Source: Smithellaceae bacterium
Lineage (GTDB): Bacteria > Desulfobacterota > Syntrophia > Syntrophales > Smithellaceae
Reading direction: 5' to 3'
Assembly: GCA_963663295.2 (NCBI GenBank)
Contig: CAXXLA010000002.1
Coordinates: 150,843 to 214,842 of the forward strand
Length of the DNA stretch: 64,000 bases
Each line of letters opens with the position of its first letter. The stretch's first letter is position 1. This document shows positions 19,853-29,815 of this stretch, piece after piece. Under the pieces are notes generated by a model that saw only the letters and a list, made by a program, of their open reading frames with translations, had not been told where the DNA came from and did not search any database. Made by a program: the position numbers and the translations under genes.

Positions 19853-19997
19853 CACCATTCCGCTTTCTTTAGCTAACTTTGTTGGCTTCCTCAACGTATG
19901 TATAATACGCCTCGTCGCCTCCTCCTAGCCGTCGCGTTATCCTTTGAAAGCGAAAAGGTATAAGTTCAGCTCTCAGAATAATAAAAAGAATAAAAAA

Positions 19998-20023
19998 AGA
20001 GCGGGAATGATCCCGCTCTTTTA
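19998..20023. terminator. bidirectional terminator between the SGNH hydrolase and thiolase genes
   Basis: AGAGCGGGA (19998..20006), atga, TCCCGCTCT (20011..20019). Flanked by an A-run upstream and TTTT downstream. Confidence 0.7.
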
Positions 20024-20080
20024 GTTTAATATGCAAAATAAATGTTGCTATGTGGTGCTCGTCATTTGCAACTGTAGTTC

Positions 20081-21367
20081 TTATGGTCTTTCCAGAACAA
20101 GCGACATACCCATACCGCCGCCGATGCAGAGAGAGGTCAAACCTAACTTCAGATTATTTCTCTTCATCTGCAAAGCCAGTGAATAAGTGATACGGGCGCC
20201 CGTGCAGCCGATAGGATGACCCAGAGAAACTCCTCCGCCAAAGAGATTGCATTTGTCACTGCTGACCCCGAGTTCTCTCATGGACGCCAATGCCTGAACG
20301 GAGAATGCCTCGTTCAATTCAACCAGATCGATGTCTTTGATGGTCAGGTTCAGTTTCTTGAAGAGTTTTCTGGTAGCCGGAATCGGTCCCAAGCCCATGT
20401 ACGCAGGATCAACACCACTGCTGGCATATCCCTTAATCTTCGCAATTGGTTCCAAACCGAGTTCTTTGGCTTTATCCGAGCTCATAACAATTACGGCACA
20501 GGCCGCATCGTTAATACCGGATGCGTTTGCCGCCGTTACCGTTCCGTCTTTCTTGAAAATAGTTGCCAGTTTGGCCATTTTTTCCATGCTGGTTTCCATC
20601 GGGCCTTCATCAGTATCAAAAGCAGTTGGGCCCTTCTTTCCGGGGATCATTACGGGGACTATTTCTTCTTTGAAACTTCCGTTTTTAATAGCGGCCAGAG
20701 CTCTGTTCTGACTCTGCAAAGAAAATGCATCCTGTTCTTCACGGGAAATCTTATAGAGGGCGGCCAGATTTTCAGCAGTCATACCCATATGATAGCCGTT
20801 GAAAATTTCAAAAAGACCGTCATGAACCATTACGTCGGTAATCTGGGCATAGGGCATAGCCATGCGGTAACCCCAGCGTGCGCCAGGTACTGCGAAAGGT
20901 GCGTTGCTCATATTTTCCATACCACCGGCGACAACAATTTCGGAATCTCCGGCGAGAATTGTCTGGGCGGCGATGGCGATTGCCTTCATACCCGAAGCAC
21001 AAACCTTGTTTACCGTATAAGCCGGGGTTTCTTCCGGAAGGCCGGCCATGATGCATGACTGTCTGGCGACGTTCTGGCCCTGTGCAGCCTGTAAAACATT
21101 GCCCATGATTACTTCATCAACAAAAACCGGTTTCAGAGATGAATCATAGTCGTGATATTTCTTGTTAATGGCTGTCATGTCAAAATCACCGAAGGCATCC
21201 GGACGGCAGCTCTTCTCTAAATCGGTAATTGCCGGTCTTAAGCCCGCGCGCTTTAAGGCTTCTTTAATCACCAGTGCTCCGAGATCAACAACCTTAATGC
21301 CTTTGAGTCCTCCGCCAAACTTACCTACCGCTGTTCTTGCTCCGCTTACTATTACTGCTTCTCTCAT
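20081..21367 (-). CDS. acetyl-CoA C-acyltransferase (thiolase)
   Basis: 428 aa. Contains MREAVIVSGARTAVGKFGG, the active-site VNKVCASGMKAI, NEAFSVQ, GHPIGCTGAR and CIGGGMGMSLVLE. Confidence 0.9.
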   Translation of the reverse strand: MREAVIVSGARTAVGKFGGGLKGIKVVDLGALVIKEALKRAGLRPAITDLEKSCRPDAFGDFDMTAINKKYHDYDSSLKPVFVDEVIMGNVLQAAQGQNVARQSCIMAGLPEETPAYTVNKVCASGMKAIAIAAQTILAGDSEIVVAGGMENMSNAPFAVPGARWGYRMAMPYAQITDVMVHDGLFEIFNGYHMGMTAENLAALYKISREEQDAFSLQSQNRALAAIKNGSFKEEIVPVMIPGKKGPTAFDTDEGPMETSMEKMAKLATIFKKDGTVTAANASGINDAACAVIVMSSDKAKELGLEPIAKIKGYASSGVDPAYMGLGPIPATRKLFKKLNLTIKDIDLVELNEAFSVQALASMRELGVSSDKCNLFGGGVSLGHPIGCTGARITYSLALQMKRNNLKLGLTSLCIGGGMGMSLVLERP

Positions 21368-21552
21368 GTTTTTTTCTCCTTAAAGTGAAGTGATTTATTT
21401 ATTCCACTACCGGTTATTCGCCAATTACTGGTATATAGAACAGGCGCTATTTTCCATATCATTCGCCGTATCTAATGACAAGTATATAAATCAATGATAC
21501 TTGCGGAAAATAAGCATATTTAAGATTATAGCGTCTGGGTTCGTTTCCCAGT

Positions 21553-23010
21553 CTAGTCCCGATCCTCTAGTTTTGTGACGAATTCCACTTTCCGCGGCAC
21601 TTTGTAGGCGGAAAGATAAATCCGGCAATGCTTCATGATTTCTCTGTCGCTAACTTCCATACCATCTTTTTTAACAATTTGAGCCGCAACGATTTCACCC
21701 CTTAGTAGATTCTCTTTACCAAATACCCTGGAAGCAAGTACTGCTGGATGCTGATTCAAAACATTTTCCACTTCTTTCGGGTAGACATTAAAACCACTGG
21801 TGATAAGCATCCTTTTTTTCCGGCCGGTCAGGAATATGTAATCATCTTCGTCCATCCTGCCTAAATCGCTGGTATAGAGCCAGCCGTCTTTAATAACGGC
21901 TGCCGTTGCCGCTTCATCTTTGTAGTATCCTTGCATAACACTTTTGCCCCGGACAATCAGTTCACCGATTTCACCCCGTGGCAACTCGTGGCCTGTTTCA
22001 TCGACAATTTTAATAAATGTGTCGGGATTGGCTATGCCGATAGAGCCTGGTTTGGGCGTCATTCCGACCCTGGTGAAAGAGCAAACAGGCCCTGCTTCCG
22101 TCAAGCCATAACCTTCCAGAATTTCCGCCCCTAATTGTTTTTTAAATTCCGGAAGTAAGTGGGGCGGCATTGCCGAACCCCCGGTAACACAAACCTTTAG
22201 TGAACTTACGTCATATTTTGCCGCATCGTCAAAATACAACATGCCCAGAAACAGGCGCGGTACGGCACATATGAATGTGATTTTTTCCTTTTCAAGCATA
22301 CCAAAAAGGTTGCTCATTGTTAGTCCTTCCATCATCACTACACTGCAGCCGCAACGTATGATGGCCAGCATATTGGCAGCAGCACCAAAAGCATGATATA
22401 GAGGAATAAGCGAGAGACCTTTATCTTCGGAAGTCCTTTTAACAATGGAAATTAAAAGCTCAGACTGTGAATATAAATTCCCGTGCGTAAGAACAGCGCC
22501 TAAAGGTTTACCAGTCAGACCAGCGGTGTATATCATAACAGCCGGATCTTCAGCATCTATCTCAGTTGCCGGATTGGAAAATAGGCCACTGGACAAAGCT
22601 TTTTTCAGGGGAGAATCATCGGAGTCAACAATAATCAAGTTTTTGCAGTAAGAAAGCTTGTCTTTGATACCTTCGTATCTCTTGCGTGCTGATTCAATAG
22701 TTATGAGAACTTTGGCATCGCTGTTTTCCAGAAGGTAGGAAAGTTCATAAGCTGTAGCAGAGTTATTCAAAGTTACGGCAACAGCACCCAATTTTACTGC
22801 GGCAAAATAGCAGTACACAAATTCCGGTATATTAGGAAGCATCAGGGCGACTTTGTCGCCTTTTTCTATGCCTGTCTGTTTTAATAAGTGGGCAACAGCG
22901 TTGACAGAGCAATTAAGCTGGTTATAGTTGATACGCTGATTATCACTGATAAAAGCCGGTTTATCCGCGTAATTTTGCGCGGCATCTTCGATCAACCGGG
23001 CTAAATTCAT
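21553..23010 (-). CDS. AMP-dependent synthetase/ligase (acyl-CoA ligase-like)
   Basis: The ATG at 23010 is preceded by GGAGGT; the track start at 23028 is TTG. Contains MIYTAGLTGKPLGAVLTHGNL, EGYGLTEAG, TSDLGRMDEDDYIFLTGRKKRMLI and YKVPRKVEF. Confidence 0.8.
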   Translation of the reverse strand: MNLARLIEDAAQNYADKPAFISDNQRINYNQLNCSVNAVAHLLKQTGIEKGDKVALMLPNIPEFVYCYFAAVKLGAVAVTLNNSATAYELSYLLENSDAKVLITIESARKRYEGIKDKLSYCKNLIIVDSDDSPLKKALSSGLFSNPATEIDAEDPAVMIYTAGLTGKPLGAVLTHGNLYSQSELLISIVKRTSEDKGLSLIPLYHAFGAAANMLAIIRCGCSVVMMEGLTMSNLFGMLEKEKITFICAVPRLFLGMLYFDDAAKYDVSSLKVCVTGGSAMPPHLLPEFKKQLGAEILEGYGLTEAGPVCSFTRVGMTPKPGSIGIANPDTFIKIVDETGHELPRGEIGELIVRGKSVMQGYYKDEAATAAVIKDGWLYTSDLGRMDEDDYIFLTGRKKRMLITSGFNVYPKEVENVLNQHPAVLASRVFGKENLLRGEIVAAQIVKKDGMEVSDREIMKHCRIYLSAYKVPRKVEFVTKLEDRD

Positions 23011-23121
23011 TATCTTACCTACCTCCAAAGAAATTAAACCTAACTCTCTTACATAATAAAGCAGATTTTTTCAACAGGATAAACAATTAATATAAAAATT
23101 AATGTTTTTGCCTGAATTCGA

Positions 23122-24279
23122 TTATTTCAATATTCCGATCAGGCGGAAAATCTTCTCAAAACGCATTTCCCAGGTGTGTTCGCGCAAGGAGCGTTCGTGA
23201 CCTTTTTCTCTTATTGATTCGGCTTCAGCGGGATGAGCCAGGTAATATGTAATTTTAGAGTAAAGATCATAGATGTCGGAATACGTTAAGATTTCTTCCC
23301 CCTGCAAAAAAACGTTATCCAACTCCGGGTGAGCTTCCGTTAGATAAAGGCCGCCGCTCATGGGGATTTCGAAATCGCGTCCTTTGAGGCAAAAGGTGTC
23401 CTTGTGACCGGATACCCCGCCGAATCCCAGATTTATTTTACTTTTGGAATACATTTTTACCATCTTTTCCGTCGCCAGCGGTCCGGACGGCCAGCCGCTT
23501 CCGTACGTTTCCACGGTGATTCCCCGCTTCTGCAGTTCGGTGATTACCGCCTGCCGGTTGCCGTAGCATTGTCCGACAAAGGAAACGTCGATCGTTTTTT
23601 TCAGGTCATAAGGTTTGTGCACTTGTGGATTGGCGCCTTCGGGAAGATAAACGGGCAAAGCTCCTTCGACGCAGTATTTAATCAGGGCATCTTCAGTGCT
23701 GGTCCAACAGAGATCAAAGTAGCGGCAAATGTCTCTGGCGCCGAACGCGCGTCCCGAGCGTATCTTGCCGACAAAATGTTCCTTATCGTTAAGAGCCAGA
23801 TTTACCAACGGAACACCATGGCTGCGGAGAGCCCCCAGCGTTGCCGGTTCCACGAGCTCGCCCGACAAGTAAGTAAAAATTACGTCGGCTTTTTCTTTGG
23901 CCATCCACACGTTTATCTGACGAATCAAATCTTTGTTCATTGCAGCCTTTAATGATTTGTGCCAGTCTTTACGTTGATGATTAAATTTATCAAACCAGTC
24001 ATAATGACGGAGGCAGCCGAATTTTTCCAAAGACGGTTTCAGAGCTTCATTTTCCCAATTATAATGGTGATAAAGGGCAATAATGCTCAACTCGCCTTTA
24101 GTTTTGGTTGCCGGGTGAGCGAATCTTTTTTTTAATTCCTCCTTGAGCGTTTGCTCGTCAGGAATACTTAAACCTCGTTGAGTAAATTTATGAGTGTAAT
24201 ATTCCTTCTCCCGCTGCAGCCTCCGGTTATTTCTCCAGATGCGGAATTGTCGGCGATATTTTTTCAGGGGATCATTCAT
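23122..24279 (-). CDS. CgeB-like glycosyltransferase (DUF3880 + GT1-like C-terminal domain)
   Basis: 385 aa. C-terminal NLGFGGVSGH...LKGRDFEIPMSGGLYLTEAHPELDNVF..GEEILTYSD...AESIREKGHERSL.EHTWEMRFEKIF matches the CgeB / Glyco_trans_1_2 pattern by eye. Confidence 0.55.
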   Translation of the reverse strand: MNDPLKKYRRQFRIWRNNRRLQREKEYYTHKFTQRGLSIPDEQTLKEELKKRFAHPATKTKGELSIIALYHHYNWENEALKPSLEKFGCLRHYDWFDKFNHQRKDWHKSLKAAMNKDLIRQINVWMAKEKADVIFTYLSGELVEPATLGALRSHGVPLVNLALNDKEHFVGKIRSGRAFGARDICRYFDLCWTSTEDALIKYCVEGALPVYLPEGANPQVHKPYDLKKTIDVSFVGQCYGNRQAVITELQKRGITVETYGSGWPSGPLATEKMVKMYSKSKINLGFGGVSGHKDTFCLKGRDFEIPMSGGLYLTEAHPELDNVFLQGEEILTYSDIYDLYSKITYYLAHPAEAESIREKGHERSLREHTWEMRFEKIFRLIGILK

Positions 24280-25211
24280 TGTTTTCTCAGTGTGTAGAGG
24301 CGCGCTCCATTGGATTTGTCCACACGGCTGTTCATCATATTCAAAACGTGACCGGCATCAATGATGGGCAGGGAACGAATCTTAGCGATATCGACGCAAA
24401 CAAGCAGCGCTCCTACGCCGGCACCGGCCAGACATAAGTCCGTATCCGGCGGAATTTTAGCCAATACTTCTTTTTTGCTTTCTTCCCAGCGGGTGGCGAC
24501 ATACTCAGCAGGAATATCGACAAATGTTAAAAGGGGATGGCTGCCCGATTGGGCAAACCAATTAATACAGCTTTTTTTATTATAGTCTGAATTAAGAATG
24601 CAGATATTTTTTCCGTTCACAGCTGCGGCGAATTCTTCCGAACTCAAATAAGCATAGATCACGTAAAAAGGAATATAATTTCCTCCGTTTAGATTTATAT
24701 TGTATGTATGTAAAAAATCCAGGAATTCAGCGCCGGTGGAATCCCGTTTTTGCTTTTTAAAAGAAAAAAAGTTTTGGGACGCAACATGCGAATTGTCGGG
24801 AAAAATGAGCGGTGCAAACAGTCCATGGTCGGCAAGATACTCCATTGCCGCCAGATGCAGCGGCATTACACGTTTTATCTCTTCAACGGATTCAGCCTGC
24901 TTATAAAGACCATTACAACCTAATGTGAAGCGATAAAATGCATACTCTCCGTCGGCAAAACGCACTACAGGCAGTGATTGCTTGTTGGCCAGAGCACGAA
25001 TAATCAGATCATGCAGCAACCGGAAATATTCATCGCCGTTGCTGATTGTATTAGAGAAGAGACAATATTCTTCAGAGAGGATTGCACTGGAAAAAATCTT
25101 TGTGACCGCTTCATTATCAATGCCTTCTATCACTAAACGATGAAATCTAAATAACCGTTGTTGAATTAAATATTCCAGATATCGTGTTTTTTGCACGCAA
25201 AAAAACCTCAT
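24276..25211 (-). CDS. hypothetical protein, possible GT-D fold (DUF1792-like) glycosyltransferase
   Basis: 311 aa with a 4-nt overlap onto the downstream gene. VVRFADGEYAFY resembles the RxGDGE motif. DLCLAGAGVGALLVCVDIAKIRSLPIIDAGHVL resembles the C-terminal GT-D nucleotide-binding segment. The assignment is weak. Confidence 0.4.
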   Translation of the reverse strand: MRFFCVQKTRYLEYLIQQRLFRFHRLVIEGIDNEAVTKIFSSAILSEEYCLFSNTISNGDEYFRLLHDLIIRALANKQSLPVVRFADGEYAFYRFTLGCNGLYKQAESVEEIKRVMPLHLAAMEYLADHGLFAPLIFPDNSHVASQNFFSFKKQKRDSTGAEFLDFLHTYNINLNGGNYIPFYVIYAYLSSEEFAAAVNGKNICILNSDYNKKSCINWFAQSGSHPLLTFVDIPAEYVATRWEESKKEVLAKIPPDTDLCLAGAGVGALLVCVDIAKIRSLPIIDAGHVLNMMNSRVDKSNGARLYTLRKQ

Positions 25212-25272
25212 TTTGACTAGAATTGTTACCGGGCACCATATTTTTTGAGTATGTGCCCACTATGCGCTTATG

Positions 25273-26130
25273 TTACGTTCGACTTATTTCTCGAACCATT
25301 TTATAGCATTCTATTTTGTTTTTCAGTGCTTCTTTATTTCGTGTGAAGGACAACTGCATCTTTAAGGTGCACAGCCTGTAAGATGCTTTTCTTGCCTGGG
25401 CCTTTTTAATGCGTTTAATAGTAGAGGGTGAATAATGTTTTTTATAAAATAAAAATTCAGCCTGCAGTTTTTTCCCAAAAAGTGCGACGGGAGGCGTACC
25501 GGTCTCACTTTGCCCGCCCCAGTGAAATACTTCAGCATTTTCAATATATCCAATGGAAAAGTCTTTTTCCCGTATCCGCCACGCCAGATCCTGGTCTTCT
25601 CCGTAGAGGAAGAAATCTTCATCAAAGCCGTGCAGTTCATCGATCAGTGATTTTCGGGCGATCATAAAAGCGCCAAGAACACAGGCTATATTTCCCGTTA
25701 AATGGGCTGTTTCTCCTGATGTGAATTTTTCACCCGGATAACGGTAGGATACTGATTCCTGCAGCGTTCCATCCGGATTGAGAATTTTAGCGCCGGCCAA
25801 TCCCACGGACTGATTGGCGTCCATGAAAACCAAAGAGTTTTGCAAAGTATCCGGCTTGAGTGTTGTGTCCGGGTTGAGAAAAATAACATAGCGTCCCCGG
25901 CATGCTTTTAATGCCTGATTGTTGGCTGTGCCAAAACCCCGATTATTCTTATTAGCGATCAGGTTGATTTCCGGAAATTGTGTGCGGATTGCTCCTGCAC
26001 TTTGATCGGTCGAAGCGTTATCGACCACAAAGATTTCTTTTTCCAATTCATCCGCCGTTTGCAACGAAGCCAGGCATTTCAGCGTTAAATCAACCGTGTT
26101 ATAGGAAACAATTATTATCGAAATATCCAT
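25273..26130 (-). CDS. family 2 glycosyltransferase
   Basis: MDISIIIVSYNTVDLTLKCLASL...VVDNASTDQS...NRGFGTANN...LNPDT... and the FDEDFFLYGEDQDLAWR motif. Confidence 0.85.
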   Translation of the reverse strand: MDISIIIVSYNTVDLTLKCLASLQTADELEKEIFVVDNASTDQSAGAIRTQFPEINLIANKNNRGFGTANNQALKACRGRYVIFLNPDTTLKPDTLQNSLVFMDANQSVGLAGAKILNPDGTLQESVSYRYPGEKFTSGETAHLTGNIACVLGAFMIARKSLIDELHGFDEDFFLYGEDQDLAWRIREKDFSIGYIENAEVFHWGGQSETGTPPVALFGKKLQAEFLFYKKHYSPSTIKRIKKAQARKASYRLCTLKMQLSFTRNKEALKNKIECYKMVREISRT

Positions 26131-26137
26131 AAATTTC

Positions 26138-27280
26138 CTAGGAAGCGGGATTTTTTTTGTGACCCGCTAAAATACTCATATATATTTCCTGATATTTCGC
26201 CGCCACTTGATCCCAGGTATTTTGAGTTGCCGTTTGGTAGGCCCTTTCAGCCAGCGGCCTGCGCATGTTTTCATCGCAAAGCAGAGCAATTTTCGCGGCG
26301 ATGTAGTCGCTGTCGGTCGTGTCATTGATGATAAAGCCATTCTCACCTTCGTGAACCAGATCTTTGGCTCCAACATTATTGCTGATAATTACCGGCAGTC
26401 CCGCTGCCATCGCTTCCAAGACAACCATGCCGAAGGTGTCAAATTTAGAAAGCATAATATAGCAATCACCGGCCAGATACATTTTGACAAGCTTTTCTTT
26501 ATTGACGGGACCGGTAAAAATGACATCTTCGATGATTTTGGCTTCTTGGGCCAATCGCGTGTATTTTTTTATATTCCCTTTGCCCGCGACAATGAGTTTG
26601 AATTTACGGTTTTGCGCCTTCAATTTAGTCAGGGAAAACATGATGTTATCGAGCCCTTTAATCTCAAAATTCATTGAAGCAAATAAAATTACCGGATCAA
26701 CACTGTTTATTCCTAATTCACGGCGTATGCTGAGGCGAACGGAAGCTTTGTCCTGCCTTACATAATCATTTAAGTTCACACCGGGATGGATAATATCAAC
26801 GAGGCCGGGATCGATTTTATACTCTTCAAGGAAAATATCTTTGGTCTGACTGGAGACGGCAATAAACTTTTTACAGTTGCCTTCATAGACCAGCTTTTTT
26901 TCTACCCAGGCCGTAGCCAGATCGTAGAGGCTCATTTTCTTGCGGCGGATGTGGCGAACCCAGTATCTATGCGGAATTCCATGCAAGGTGAAAATATCGG
27001 CGCCAAAAATTCGTTCATGGCTGTGAACGAGAGAAAAATTATTGCGCTTAATCCGGCAGCCCGTAAAGTAAGCAAAACTCGGTGTTGTCAGAAATTTTGG
27101 AAAGGAAATAATCGGAACCTTTTCGAAGGTGATCGGATTTGCCGACTGTTCCCAGCGGTTTGCATACACGTGAAAATCAAAGCCGGTTGCGGCAATAAGC
27201 CTGCCGGTCAGCTCGGCCGCAAATTGCTCCGCTCCGCCCAGCAGTCCGTATTTTGGTATAACCACGGCAATTTTTTGCAT
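26138..27280 (-). CDS. family 4 (GT-B) glycosyltransferase
   Basis: 380 aa. Contains MQKIAVVIPKYGLLGGAEQF, FKLIVAGKG and the E-x7-E region FGMVVLEAMAAGLPVIISNNVGAKDLV. Confidence 0.85.
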   Translation of the reverse strand: MQKIAVVIPKYGLLGGAEQFAAELTGRLIAATGFDFHVYANRWEQSANPITFEKVPIISFPKFLTTPSFAYFTGCRIKRNNFSLVHSHERIFGADIFTLHGIPHRYWVRHIRRKKMSLYDLATAWVEKKLVYEGNCKKFIAVSSQTKDIFLEEYKIDPGLVDIIHPGVNLNDYVRQDKASVRLSIRRELGINSVDPVILFASMNFEIKGLDNIMFSLTKLKAQNRKFKLIVAGKGNIKKYTRLAQEAKIIEDVIFTGPVNKEKLVKMYLAGDCYIMLSKFDTFGMVVLEAMAAGLPVIISNNVGAKDLVHEGENGFIINDTTDSDYIAAKIALLCDENMRRPLAERAYQTATQNTWDQVAAKYQEIYMSILAGHKKNPAS

Positions 27281-27452
27281 AAAATAAATTTTGCATAAGA
27301 GATTTTTAGAAAAACAGCTTTAACATAGAAAATGGGAAAAATCATGTTTTAAAAATGGAGATGGTATGTTATCAAGTCCACTAAAATAAAGGGTAACATA
27401 ACTTACTGCTAAAAAAATGTCGAGGATGTAAGTACGAAAATCGTTGATTACT

Positions 27453-28379
27453 ATGATGCCTGATGTTTCATATCTGATATTAAATTTTAATCCCGAAGGT
27501 GAAAGGAATGCCGCAGATATTCTGGATGCTACTATCGAAACATTCTATGAAAGAAAAAGCAAGCATCTGAAATGTGAAGTTTTTCTGTTGGATCAGGGAT
27601 CTGTGCAGAGTCACCGGGAATGGCTTTTGGAAAAACAGGCAAAATATCAATTTTCAACCATTTTACTCAATCACAATATTGGCATTAGTGGTGCGATAAA
27701 CATGATGGCCAGGACATGCAAGTCACCTGTTCTTGGATTGATTACATCAGATGTTTTAATAACTACCGGAATGGACGAGGATTTGTTTAATAAAGTTCAG
27801 ATTGAAGAGATTTATCAGGCCACCCCCTTTACCGATAAAAGCGATCTTGATTATCAGTGCTGGTCGCCCGAGGAGAGCTTCGGCGCAGATCACGTCAACT
27901 TAACTGATCTCCAGAGCCAAAAAGCTTCGCTAATGGAAAGGCTTTTAGGCAGGCAAAAAAAAACCTATATTAGAGTTATTGGCTCCGAGCTCAATGTGAT
28001 GTTCTGGCGCCGGGAGGTTTTTGATAGAGTCGGTTACTTTGATGAACGGTGGAAGGCCTGTTATGAAAACAATGATTTTTCGCTCCGCTGCTTTATGGCC
28101 GGTGGTTGTACTGCAGTCAGTCTGGATTCTTTTGTATGGCATTATCATAAGGTAACGGAAAAAAGCAGGGCACGCGAAAAGACATATGCCGGCTATATTG
28201 ATAATTGCTGGCCTCAGGAGATCAGGCGTCTCTGGGACGAAAAATGGCCTGATCTCGATTCCTATGTTAAAATTTATGACCCCTTAAAAAATAAAACAAT
28301 AGCCGATTATCCTAAATTATTAAAACAATTTGCCCATAATATTCGTTTGCCGTTCGAAGAGAATAAGATGTATTATTAA
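27453..28379 (+). CDS. GT2-like glycosyltransferase
   Basis: SYLILNFNPEG...FLLDQGS...NIGISGAIN...SDVLITTGMDEDL...FDERWKACYENNDFSLRC. The track start is TTG 27444 and the first ATG is 27453. No clear RBS. Confidence 0.6.
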   Translation: MMPDVSYLILNFNPEGERNAADILDATIETFYERKSKHLKCEVFLLDQGSVQSHREWLLEKQAKYQFSTILLNHNIGISGAINMMARTCKSPVLGLITSDVLITTGMDEDLFNKVQIEEIYQATPFTDKSDLDYQCWSPEESFGADHVNLTDLQSQKASLMERLLGRQKKTYIRVIGSELNVMFWRREVFDRVGYFDERWKACYENNDFSLRCFMAGGCTAVSLDSFVWHYHKVTEKSRAREKTYAGYIDNCWPQEIRRLWDEKWPDLDSYVKIYDPLKNKTIADYPKLLKQFAHNIRLPFEENKMYY

Positions 28380-28447
28380 AAATAAGTCTGATTTTAATAA
28401 ATATGCCTTGTTTTTAATGAGTTTCTAAAAAGAATTTTTATATTGTT

Positions 28448-29710
28448 ATGAACCAACTCAATTTTTTGGAATTCCAAAATAAACATAAATGTGTTTTTAC
28501 AATCCTGAATTACAGCGTTTGCATACTGCTGGGCATATTCATCCTTTTTACGCCTTTTCCGCATACAACGGCCATCACTAATATCAGTTTTTATCTGGCG
28601 ATTTTGATTGCTCTATTTTTAATGATCTTTAACCCCGGCGCTTTTAAATTCAAAACACCACTTGCCTATCCTTTAATTATATTTTCTCTCTGGGCGGTGG
28701 GGAGTATTTTCTGGGCACTGAATGTTGAAAACACGATCAATGATTTGCGTAAACATTTGCTGAATTATATTATCTTTTATTTTTTGCTGATCAATTTTTT
28801 CCATACTAGAAAACGGTTGGAGATTCTGCTGTGGGTTGTTGTGCTTTCTTCAGTAATTTTTTCAGTACTCGGGATGGTCTATTATTATGTTATCATGGGT
28901 AACACGGTTCAATCAGTCCGGTTTGGGTTTTTGATGAGTAATTTGGACAACGTCTCTACGGAGCTTCCCGTCAATTTCATCGGTATTTTAAACATTACAG
29001 CTATTTTGTTTTGTATGTACTTTTTCTCCCGGGAATCATTCTGGTATCGACGTATAGCGATTATTTTATGTACGCTGCCACTTTTTATTGCTACAATTTT
29101 AACTCAGAGCAGAGGGAGTCTTGTGGCTTTGGTCATTGCGTGCGTTACTGTATTGCTGATAAAGAAAAGGAAACTTTTGCCAGTCTTTTTGGTAGCTATT
29201 GCTATTATCATTTTTTTTACACCTTTCAAGGATCGGCTGGATACATCTAGTCTGTCAGAACGGTTAAAAATCAATTATGTGACCTGTAAGGTCTGGAAAG
29301 ATTATCCCCTGAAGGGCATTGGTTTCGGTATGATGACCTTTAACAATATTGCCCATAAGGGGGGCTATGTTGCCAGTTTGCCAGAAAAATATAAACCATT
29401 TGAGGTTAATACTACCCACAATTGGTTGTTGGACATTACCGTACGGCTCGGGATAATTGGTTTGGTATTATTCCTTGCGATTCTCTTTGTTTTTGTGAAA
29501 ATGTGTTGGAAAACTGTTCGATACGCAAGGGACAAAGATATAAAGCTTTTGGGGTTACATATAGCGATTGCTTTTTTTGTTTATTTTATAATGGGTTTAG
29601 CAGAGCCTTTGTTTCTTTTTACTGCGTCGGCGCTGATTTTTTATATCCTGCTGGCGCTGATCACCATCTTGATGCGCTTGAATAACGAAGCACAAACTGC
29701 CGAAATTTGA
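28448..29710 (+). CDS. O-antigen ligase/polymerase family membrane protein (Wzy_C domain)
   Basis: 420 aa with about 10-12 TM helices. The ILTQSRGSLVALVIA motif is followed by a periplasmic loop containing HNWLLD. Confidence 0.75.
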   Translation: MNQLNFLEFQNKHKCVFTILNYSVCILLGIFILFTPFPHTTAITNISFYLAILIALFLMIFNPGAFKFKTPLAYPLIIFSLWAVGSIFWALNVENTINDLRKHLLNYIIFYFLLINFFHTRKRLEILLWVVVLSSVIFSVLGMVYYYVIMGNTVQSVRFGFLMSNLDNVSTELPVNFIGILNITAILFCMYFFSRESFWYRRIAIILCTLPLFIATILTQSRGSLVALVIACVTVLLIKKRKLLPVFLVAIAIIIFFTPFKDRLDTSSLSERLKINYVTCKVWKDYPLKGIGFGMMTFNNIAHKGGYVASLPEKYKPFEVNTTHNWLLDITVRLGIIGLVLFLAILFVFVKMCWKTVRYARDKDIKLLGLHIAIAFFVYFIMGLAEPLFLFTASALIFYILLALITILMRLNNEAQTAEI

Positions 29711-29815
29711 TCCGTTGAAAAAAAATAAACCGCAAGTGGTGGTGGATGTAAAATTCCAGATTTGTCGGGTGTGGCAATAAAATACGGTTACCCGTTCAGG
29801 AGTGGGAAATATTTG

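Noticed and set aside
19861-19952. CGCTTTC...GAAAGCG inverted repeat flanking an 80-nt GC-richer stretch downstream of the SGNH gene
   Set aside because: The arms are only 7 bp and I could find no convincing internal structure. A proper bidirectional terminator lies just downstream at 19998..20023.
20216-21058. 280-aa plus-strand ORF (and 20331..20711) opposite the thiolase gene
   Set aside because: It is antisense to a gene with all thiolase active-site motifs. It has no motifs of its own. A shadow ORF typical of a conserved coding region.
27955-27963. A9 homopolymer inside the GT2-like gene, plus A9 at 15121..15129 in apgM and A8 tracts in several N-termini, as possible phase-variation switches
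   Set aside because: Lys-rich AAA runs are common throughout this AT-leaning sequence, including in housekeeping genes. There is no evidence of length heterogeneity from a single sequence.
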